NCBI GenBank assembly: GCA_964016885.1
Contig: OZ024753.1
Span: forward strand, 27,280,001-27,344,000
DNA from: Eledone cirrhosa
Taxonomy: Eukaryota
Reading direction: 5' to 3'
DNA: 64,000 bases
Both the position numbers and the translations under genes were made by a program. Positions within the stretch are counted from its first letter, which is position 1. The number at the start of each line of letters is the position of its first letter. Below the pieces are notes generated by a model, which was not told the origin of the DNA, ran no database searches, and worked only from the letters and a program-made list of their open reading frames with translations. Positions 53,397 to 64,000 of the stretch are shown piece by piece.

Positions 53397-56189
53397 AATT
53401 GAAACAAAATGAAAACGAAATTTCATTTCTCACTCTTTGTATGGCACTTACTTAAATGTAAGTATGCATGTATACGTACATACATATATGTATACAGACG
53501 TACAGTAGCATGCACATATATATATATATATATACATATATATATACATATGTATACAGGTACACATACATATATGCACGTATCAGTTTAGCGGCGCTTA
53601 TTATAACGTCGCTTTGTTCGTTTGTAAAAAACTGAACAGCCTGAATTTATGCCATACGGTGTTAAGGCAACCACGTCACCTTTTTGTTCAACACTGACAC
53701 AGGAACGATGTACTAGTTTCAAGCTTGTTAGCTATCATCAGCACCGTTTACCCATCTGCCAGATAGTTGAACGTTCGAAAGTATATACTTTCCTTATGAA
53801 AATTAACGGCTGAGCAGCCTAATTTGCATATTGAGTGAGTTAAATCGGTCAGGCATACCGAAAACGATAAATTGAAACAAAATAAAAACGAAATTTCGTT
53901 TCTCACTCTTAGTATGGCACTTACTTAAATGTAAGTATGCATGTATACGTACATACATATATGTATACAGACGTACAGTAGCATGCACATATATATATAT
54001 ATATACATATATATATACATATGCATACAGGTACACATACATATATGCACGTATCAGTTTAGCGGCGCTTATTATAACGTCGCTTTGTTCGTTTGTAAAC
54101 AAACTGAACAGCCTGAATTTATGCCATACGGTGTTAAGGCAACCACGTCACCTTTTTGTTCAACACTGACACAGGAACGATGTACTAGTTTCAAGCTTGT
54201 TAGCTATCATCAGCACCGTTTACCCATCTGCCAGATAGTTGAACGTTCGAAAGTATATACTTTCCTTATGAAAATTAACGGCTGAGCAGCCTAATTTGCA
54301 TATTGAGTGAGTTAAATCGGTCAGGCATACCGAAAACGATAAATTGAAACAAAATGAAAACGAAATTTCATTTCTCACTCTTAGTATGGCACTTACTTAA
54401 ATGTAAGTATGCATGTATACGTACATACATATATGTATACAGACGTACAGTAGCATGCACATATATATATATATATATACATATATATATACATATGCAT
54501 ACAGGTACACATACATATATGCACGTATCAGTTGAGCGGCGCTTGTGTCGAACAAAAAGGTGACGTGGTTGCCTTAACACCGTATGGCATAAAATCAGGC
54601 TGTTCAGTTTGTTTACAAACGAACAAAGCGACGTTATAATATGCGCCGCTAAACTGATACGTGCATATATGTATGTGTACCTGTATGCATATGTATATAT
54701 ATATGTATATATATATATATATGTGCATGCTACTGTACGTCTGTATACATATATGTATGTACGTATACATGCATACTTACATTTAAGTAAGTGCCATACT
54801 AAGAGTGAGAAATGAAATTTCGTTTTCATTTTGTTTCAATTTATCGTTTTCGGTATGCCTGACCGATTTAACTCACTCAATATGCAAATTAGCTCCTCAG
54901 CCGTTAATTTTCATAAGGAATGTATATACTTTCGAACGTTCAACTATCTGGCAGATGGGTAAACGGTGCTGATGCTAGCTAACAAGCTTGAAACTAGTAC
55001 ATCGTTCCTGTGTCAGTGTTGAACAAAAAGGTGACGTGGTTGCCTTAACACCGTATGGCATAAATTCATGCTGTTCAGTTTGTTTACAAACGAACAAAGC
55101 GACGTTATAATAAGCGCCGCTAAACTGATACGTGCATATATGTATGTGTACCTGTATGCATATGTATATATATATGTATATATATATATATGTGCATGCT
55201 ACTGTACGTCTGTATACATATATGTATGTACGTATACATGCATACTTACATTTAAGTAAGTGCCATACTAAGAGTGAACAATGAAATTTCGTTTTCATTT
55301 TGTTTCAATTTATCGTTTTCGGTATGCCTGACCGATTTAACTCACTCAATATGCAAATTAGGCTGCTCAGCCGTTAATTTTCATAAGGAAAGTATATACT
55401 TTCGAACGTTCAACTATCTGGCAGATGGGTAAACGGTGCTGATGATAGCTAACAAGCTTGAAACTAGTACATCGTTCCTGTGTCAGTGTTGAACAAAAAG
55501 GTGACGTGGTTGCCTTAACACCGTATGGCATAAATTCAGGCTGTTCAGTTTGTTTACAAACGAACAAAGCGACGTTATAATAAGCGCCGCTAAACTGATA
55601 CGTGCATATATGTATGTGTACCTGTATGCATATGTATATATATATATATATATATGTGCATGCTACTGTACGTCTGTATACATATATGTATGTACGTATA
55701 CATGCATACTTACATTTAAGTAAATGCCATACTAAGAGTGAGAAATGAAATTTCGTTTTCATTTTGTTTCAATTTATCGTTTTCGGTATGCCTGACCGAT
55801 TTAACTCACTCAATATGCAAATTAGGCTGCTCAGCCGTTAATTTTCATATGGAAAGTATATACTTTCGAACGTTCAACTATCTGGCAGATGGGTAAACGG
55901 TGCTGATGATAGCTAACAAGCTTGAAACTAGTACATCGTTCCTGTGTCAGTGTTGAACAAAAAAAAAAAAGGTGACGTGGTTGCCTTAACACCGTATGGC
56001 ATAAATTCAGGCTGTTCAGTTTGTTTACAAACGAACAAAGCGACGTTATAATAAGCGCCGCTAAACTGATACGTGCATATATGTATGTGTACCTGTATGC
56101 ATATGTATATATATATGTATATATATATATACATGTGCATGCTACTGTACGTCTGTATACATATATGTATGTACGTATACATGCATACT

Positions 56190-56193
<4 letters not shown>
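53394..56193. mobile_element. Retrozyme-like tandem array: ~470-bp monomers, one minimal hammerhead each, orientation switch at ~54545
   Basis: Monomer starts 53394, 53867, 54339; hammerheads AACGGTG-CTGATGA-TAGCT-AACA-AGCTT-GAAAC-TA-GTA-CATCGTT at 53704-53748(-), 54176-54220(-), 54962-55006(+, core CTGATGC), 55432-55476(+), 55896-55940(+). Confidence 0.85.
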
Positions 56194-56258
<65 letters not shown>

Positions 56259-56299
56259 ATGTATGTGTGTGTGTGTGTTTGTATGTGTATATATTTGTT

Positions 56300-56362
<63 letters not shown>

Positions 56363-56516
56363 GTGTATCTATATATATATATATATATGTGTATATATAT
56401 ATGAATATATATATATATATGTATATGTGTATATATATTTGTGTGTGTATGTGTGTGTATATGTATATATGTGTGTGTATGTGTTTTTTTTATATATATA
56501 TATATATGTGTATGTG

Positions 56517-56603
<87 letters not shown>

Positions 56604-56794
56604 ATATGTGTATATATATGTATATATCTGTGTATATATATGTATATATATCTATATGTATTTGTGTGTATTTGTATACACATGTATATTTGTGTTTGTA
56701 TGTATGTGTGTGAGTGTATTTATATGTGTATATATGTGTGTGTGAGTGTATATATATGTATGTGTGTGTGTATGTATATATATGTGTGTGTGTA

Positions 56795-56843
<49 letters not shown>

Positions 56844-58148
56844 ATGTATGTGTGTATGTATATGTATGTATATGAATATATTTATATATATGTGTGTGTG
56901 TTTTTATGTGTGTATATGTGTTTGTGTGTGTGTTTATGGTTGCGCGTGAGTGTGTGAGTGAGTATGTTTTTTTGTGAATGTGTCTGTTGATTTTTGGCAT
57001 ATAGTGGATTAGTTTAAGAGAAGTTCGAAGATAATTGTAAGATATGCACTCAGTATTTTGAATCTGTCTACAGAATTCTCTAGACCTTTGTCACTTAGTA
57101 GAACCTTAATGATTTTAGCTTTTAAAGAATCTCCCTTTTCTTTAATTCTATCGACCATGACTGACCCCCCACTGATCTTATAGACCTCTGTTTGCTTAAG
57201 AGAAACTTAATGACAAGGAATGGTATGCCATCCGGAACCTGTTTATAGAATTCTGTCTGCCCTTGTTACTCTAAAAACAAATAAATAAAAATAAACTATA
57301 GCTTTGTAGAATTAGCTTTTAATGAATTCCCTTTTCTATCAACCAATGACCTACACCCATCCCACTCCCCACCCTCTCCTACCACTTGTAGAGACCTATA
57401 AATACCATTTTTATTTTTTGATACCCAGATTCCTGATGATTTCTAATGAATGAAACAGTTCTAGTCCTGTAGAATCTCATCTATATTAAAACTTTTATAC
57501 TCTGCTATGTATTGAGTACCTTACTTACTGTGGTTACCTCCGATTCAACCCGGAATAACGTATATATATATATATATAAGTCTATAATGCTATTGTAGAC
57601 GATGAAGAAAACTATATATATATATAGAATGATTAGGTATCGAGAGAGAGAAGAGAATGGAAAGATGGTCGACACATATTTAGTTGCCAATAGTTTATGC
57701 ATGTGTGCTCAATACTCGTGCCTACAGGCGTCAATATTCAGTGGGCGAGAAAAAATAATAAGCAGAGCGATCATAAAGAAATCAATACAAAGAGTTTAAA
57801 ACCATTAAAACATGTTTATATAATTGTGCACCTATGTACGTTTCGCCCTTAGCGGACTTATCAAGGGCATGGAAAGCAAAATAATGTTCAATATAGGTCC
57901 CAGGAGGGAATTTACGGTTAAATTAACATCATAATTCATTTTCTCCTTGCATGTGTTTTTATTATCACAGAGCAGGGGGAGTAACTTTGGCCGGTGTTCA
58001 AGCAATCAGTCCCATGTGGATTTTAATGCCTGTTCGTATGTTGGTGTTTAGCATATTTATGTTATGTGTATTGTTTCACTAGTGCCAGTACAGGTCGGGT
58101 CTGGAGCGTCCATTTATTATTTAGTGGATGTTGCTTCACTAATGTTTG

Positions 58149-61100
58149 TGTGGTTAGAAAAAGCTATCTCACTTACCGCTTTTCACAGGCGCCGCTAGAG
58201 AGAGGCCCTCTGCTGGCCCTTCCAGTCGAGCATCCTTCCGGCCAAAAGACCCTTCCGGTCGAGCACTCCCCCCGCCTTCGGCCACCGCACGCCACACCAT
58301 ACCCACACGCCCCCCTGATCTCAAGGATCAATTTCCCCCTCGTCCCTCTGCATATGAAAGTCTGCTGTCCAGGTCGGTGGTCTACGACTCCGTTGCGATC
58401 TTCGTAGCATTGGGGCAGGGCTCTGGGTTTCAACCTCATCTTGGGTTTCCTCTTTCTCGGAGTCCGTCGACACAGTGATTCTTCTTACATCCAGGACATG
58501 ACGTGGTACCCCGTCCACGGACACATTGTTCTTTGAATTTACGGCCGTCACCGTTCCCCTTCCCCATTGAGATGTGCAACGTGCATCTGGGGGCTTAACC
58601 CAGACTTCTTTGCCCACCTGCACGAATGCACTCTCTCTCCCCACTGGCCGTTGTGGTGGCGTGCACGGGTACCGCCACTCGTATTTGAATACTGCTCTGT
58701 GTGGCACCGATTCCTCGACTTGTCCAACCCGAGGGGACATATTGTACCATAACACTGCCTCCATTGGTGAGATATGGCCCCGCTCCGCCATTGCCTTGAT
58801 CGTCCGGTGGTGTCGCTCCACGATTCCATTCCTGCTCGGCCTGTGCGCCGCTCTGAAGAAACGGTCCACCTTCCATCCATCGAGCATCTCCCTCAGTGCC
58901 TCCGAGCGGAACGCCGCGCTGTTGTCCATCAGCAGTTCGTCCACAGGGCCCCGCTCCAAGAACGTCCGCACGATTTCCTCGGCCGTTCCAGTCTTCATCT
59001 CCCTCCATATCGCCATTCGACCTGGTCCACAGTCGACCATCGAGAGGTACGTTCCCTGCCGGTAGTGTGTCACATCCACCGCTAATCGCTTCCAGTCGCG
59101 ATCCACCGAGAGGCTTCCCGTTTCGTGTACACCCGGGGCGGGATCAATGGACTGACATCGGACGCAGCCTCTAACCCCCCCCCCCCGAACACTATGTCTG
59201 CTAACGTCCGAGTCGATTCTCCTGGCTAGGAACAGGCTCCTATCCACCCCCATGTGGTGCATGTCATGCAACCCCTTCAGGTCTAACTCGGTCAGCCGAC
59301 ACACGGCAGCTATCTCATCCTCTACCTCCTCCGGCGCTTCCATCCAGGCTTTCTTCACTCTAGTTAAGATGTCCGCCCTATTTTTCTCTGAGGGCACGAA
59401 CACTACGCTCAGATTCAGGTCGAACTCGGTGGCCAGCTCTCCTAACGTTCCCAGGCGGCGCTTTATCAGCATCTCCGCCGCGCCTCTCGTTCGCACTCTC
59501 TTCTCACTGGTGAGCACTGATCTTACCCATCCGAGTACAGTAGCCGAGTCGGTGCGTATCTCGATGGTGCGCAGCCCCCACCGCAGGGCGAGGTTCACCC
59601 CTCTCAACACCGCGTCCAGTTCGGCCACATTGATGTGGCTGCAGTCGTCCTTCTTTCTAAGCCAGGCTGCATCCTCGACACCAACACCTCCTATCTCCAA
59701 CGTGACACCCAGCGCTATGCTGCTGGCATCGCACCATACGGTCCCGCTCTGTGATTTGGGAACGTACCAGCGTCCCCACACTGGTCGTCGACCTTCACCC
59801 TCCCCACGATCTCCTGCATCATGGCCACCGTCCTCTCTCCCACTCTGTCACTCCAAGTCACCCCTCCCGCTCGTCTCTTGACATAGCTGCATGCCGTCCG
59901 GAGCCACCCAGCGATCGGGTAGTGACCCACCAGCTTTCCACACACCGAGAAAAGCTCCCGCGTATTCATACTTGGGCCCAGTTCCGGAACTTCGTTTCCC
60001 CTCTGGAACACCAAAACGCCGTAGCCTAAGTCCCAGCGCGGCTCCTCCCTCCAATGCTTCTGATGGCTGTCAGTCTGATGGCTGGCAGTCAGTCCATACC
60101 TCCGCAAATGGCTCGTGACCTCCGCCGTCGACACCACCGACTCGTCCACTAGGATGTCGTCAATATAGGAGTTAGTAGCCCTCTTTATCTTGTCAGCCCT
60201 CCCCAGAGCGGTCTTGAGGACCGCCGCCATGATCTTCGGTGCGGAGCTCAGCCCGAAACCGAGCCTGGTCAGGCAATATGTACGGCCCTTATACCTGACC
60301 AGCTGATACCGCCAGAGCTTCTCATCTATATGCAACTGCAAGTAAGCCGACTTTAGATCCACGATCGCTGAACGCCCCGTCATGCGTCTCCACTCACGCA
60401 GGGTTTCCCCACAGACATCCGTGACCTCGCCACTCGTGTGGCATGACACGTGCTCGTTCAGCTGCCGATAGTCCAGCACCGGCCTCACCTTGCTCTTCGT
60501 GGGTTGCACCACCCCCATCAACGGCAATACTCCGCACTTCACCTCCTCCTTCCAGGGAAGCAGTATGCCCTCTTCGATCCATCTCTCTACTTCTCGCTCG
60601 AACTCGCTCCTAGCGTTTCCCTTCAATGTGTGTTGATAGCAGCCCATTTTGGTCTTCAGTGTTGGTGGTTCTCCCTTCCAGTACCACTCAACAACCCATC
60701 GCTGCCAATCAAACACGGCCTTGAAGTCTTTGTCCTGTACAGTGTAAGCGGGGTATTCCTCCTCGTGGGCCTCCTGGTTCTCATGACGTGCACTCACAGC
60801 GCATACCGATGCAGCGGCGCCAAACGACACACCGACATTGTTCACCGTGACGCCCCCTAGACGGCCAATCGCGTTCAGGCTCATAACCACGCCGATCCCA
60901 TCCACCACACTGTCTACCACGATGGCGGAAAGCCTTATCCTCCTTCCCCGTACCGCTATTTCCATCTCGCTGCGACCTCGGCATTCAATTTTCCTGCCGT
61001 CGACTGCCCTTACGCTGCTCTTCCCTCCCCACCTCTGCGCCACCCCCGCGGTCACCAGTGTCGTCGTACAGCCCGTATCCACGAGGGCTCGCTGTGGCTT

Positions 61101-62312
61101 CCCCCTCACGAAGACTTCCACCACAGGCAGCGCCGCTACTCGTAAGGGGCAACTACCGGCGCAGTAGTTCCCCTTGGATAGTTTCCCTGGTCGCAGTTAG
61201 TAACGATGTGGCCTGGTCGCTTACACCGGTAGCAAATTATCTCCGGCTTCGACTCTCTACAGTCTCTAGCCATATGCGGGCCCTGCCACCGAAAACAGCG
61301 CCCCTTAAACGCACGCGGACGGCCGCGTGCCGAGGTTGCCTCCCTTTCACAATTTCGCTGCCAGGTGTCCTGAGCCTCCGTAGTTGCTATCGCCGCAACA
61401 CTCTTTTTGGCATCTTCCGCTATGATCCTGGCTTGTTCCACCAGTGAACGCATTTCCATCTCTTTATAACCCGGGACTTGCTGCAGTTTCACCGCTATGT
61501 CGTCCGGAAATCCATTGATGAACGCCAACCGCACCGTGCGTTCGCATTCCGCCTGGTAACCGGCCAACATAGCCAACCGCCTTATTTCCGCTGCGAAAAT
61601 GTCGACGCGCTCACCATTCCACCTGATTCTCGCCAGCTTAGCAAAAGCCGCCAACGGTCCCTCGGCGAATGCATCCATCAGACGCCTCTCAATCTTCTGC
61701 ACATCTCTTTGGCTGTGCTCGTCCAACTCAAGGAAGAGTACCAGCGCGTCGCTCTCGAGGTACAATGCCATGAGGCCGGCCACGTCCTCTATCTTCTGCA
61801 AGCTTGCGACCAGCCGAACCTTCCGCAGCCAAGCGACAACATCACCTTCCCCAGTGAATGCCCTGATAGCTTCGTTCATCCATAGTCTTGTCGCCATCTT
61901 CTGATTTGTCTTGCGGCAAGTGTTTGTTTTTTTTTGTTTTTTCCAGTCGCCGAAATAGCTTGTGGTTAGAAAAAGCTATCTCACTTACCGCTTTTCACAG
62001 GCGCCGCTAAAGTCCACTGCAGGTTACTCCTCTTCCACGTGCGTCCAACTGCTTAACACCGGGAGCTGCCCAAAACTCGCGTCCACAACGTGTGCTGGTC
62101 ACTACTAAAGAGAGGCCCTCTGCTGGCCCTTCCGGTCGAGCATCCTTCCGGCCAAAAGACCCTTCCGGTCGAGCACTCCCCCGCCTTCGGCCACCGCACG
62201 CCACACACCCTTCCGGTCGAGCACTCCCCCGCCTTCGGCCACCGCACGCCACACACCCTTCCGGTCGAGCACTCCCCCGCCTCCGGCCACCGCACGCCAC
62301 ACCATACCCACA
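58149..62312 (-). mobile_element. Mirror copy of the Gypsy element (gag 61136-61897; pol 58321-61124, frameshifted; 3' LTR internally deleted)
   Basis: Reverse complement of 36060-40325 with scattered SNPs and indels; TSD GTTTG at 58144-58148 and 62313-62317. Confidence 0.95.
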
Positions 62313-62686
62313 GTTTGTTCGAGTATGGTCTGCGGTATTCATTAGGTTCACATACGTTTGTTCATACTCCGTGCCCACCGGGATGTTATGGTTCGGGCAG
62401 GAAGACCCAGTTCGTAGTTTTCATGTCACAGTCGCCTCCCATGCAAAATACGACGCCTGTACCCGGTGTTTACAATTAATAACTGATTCTGCTCGGCTGT
62501 TTAAGAGCTCCTGGGGTGTTCTTATGATTTAGTACAGCTCCATGAGGCAGAGCTGGCATTTCCCCCTGAAGTTGTAGGGTGCAGCCCTACTGACAATATT
62601 CCAGTGTGTGGAGAAGCTGATGTTCGCGTCTTGCAATGTATAATATATATATATTAGTCTACAATGCTATTGTAGACGATGAAGAA

Positions 62687-62742
<56 letters not shown>

Positions 62743-63791
62743 CGGCGGCGAAGATTCGAAACCGAATCTGAGCTTTCCCGCCTCTGGGACAAGCCGTGGT
62801 AAGTTGTTTACGCTCAAGATACTAACCCCTTGGGAGAAGCTAAACACAGGTCAGAGGTGTTTACGCCTGACAGAAAATAAGTCAGAGGATATATCCATCT
62901 TTCTGACTTGTTTACGCTTGGCAAACTAATCCCTTGGGAGACTAACCGAAGTTCAGAGGATATATCTAACCTTCTAACTTCAACTTTTATAAATACAGGG
63001 GTTGTTTACGCACCGACAGAAAAGGGGTGATATACAGACAAGACAAGTCGCATTTACAAGCTCTCGTCACGAAAAACCAGTCTGCCCCTTATTCTCATCT
63101 TCCTGGCTGATCGCTGACTCCTACTACTAAAACAAGCAAATATACTGATACGCACACCCGCATCATAGTGAGTCACACTGTTTGTATTTTTACACGCACC
63201 ATTTCTGTTTATACATATTGTATCTTTCTGATACAGCACAAATTATATTATAATCGTATTCTGTGATACTTGAATTTACGTGGCTCGAAGAGCCACCAAA
63301 TTATTGTATGAATATTTTGTGTTATTGATTTTATCATTCAATATTCAAATTGAATATTGTTATAATAAAATAAACTTTGTAACAACACAATCCTGGTATT
63401 GCTTTACATCGAAACCACCATACCAACAGTTACATCCATCCACTTATCGTTACAACCACACATAATATTCCGTTACACATATATATATATACATTTACAA
63501 TTTTCTTCATCGTCTACAATAACATTGCAGAAAGAATCAGTAGTAGAGATAGAACTAGAGTTTTGCGTTCGTGTTTTCATGTTTGCAAGGGTTGGATGAA
63601 GTGTAGAGCTTATCCCGTTTCCATGAGTGTTAAGAGACTGGGAGTACAGACCGTTGAAGTATGAACTGCCAGTTGCTACTGGTATTCATTTTAAGCTGCG
63701 TGAACTCGAGCAACGTGAAATGAAGTGCTTTGATCAAGAACACAACCTGATTTGGAATATGTACAACAAAGAGATAATAAAATCTTCTTAC

Positions 63792-63950
63792 ATTATTCAT
63801 TCTAAATCCTATGTCCATTGTATCGTTCGTCTTAACGGGATCTGGCAGTTTTACTTGAAGCAGATACAGACTTCTTACGCCATTCGGTTTGAAATTGACA
63901 CTTATAACATCTTTCTCGCTCCAGCCCCACAGTACTCTCATTGTGTTTTG
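63792..63950 (-). CDS. Mirror copy of MOXD1/DBH-like copy B exon 3
   Basis: Reverse complement of 34459-34617, with identical translation in the ORF track. Confidence 0.88.
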
Positions 63951-64000
63951 CTGCAAAAGACAATAAAAAAAAACTCATCATCATCATCGTCATCATCATC

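Larger units (their letters stand above)
57575..64000 (-). repeat. Right arm of a large inverted duplication (pairs with 34409-40895; 47480-48200 pairs with 41400-42125)
   Basis: Mirror ORFs in the track, shared exon 3, shared Gypsy insertion site and flanks; the arm runs off the window end. Confidence 0.93.

Overview
AT-rich, microsatellite-laden animal genomic DNA; the repeat landscape suggests a coleoid cephalopod such as octopus (inference). Host genes are a local cluster of MOXD1/DBH-like copper monooxygenases. In copy A, exons 2-9 lie on + (1-7902) but the phase-compatible exons 10-13 lie on - (15380-11072), with an in-frame TGA in exon 10. Copy B has exons 1-3 on + (31881-34617), and its exon 3 is mirrored on - (63950-63792) in a large inverted duplication that straddles a 200-N gap. 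Mobile elements include a Gypsy LTR element (two mirror copies), an intact Penelope-like RT/GIY-YIG ORF, RTE, CRE, Tx1 and R4/Dong fragments, tRNA-SINEs and MITEs. The most striking unannotated signal is a high density of type I hammerhead ribozyme motifs from about ten unrelated repeat contexts. These include a ~470-bp tandem retrozyme-like array (53394-56193) with obligate-dimer hammerheads, nested between the pseudo-LTRs of the intact Penelope element, and several fold-back palindromes that turn inside hammerhead motifs. All coordinates were read by eye; TE boundaries are approximate.
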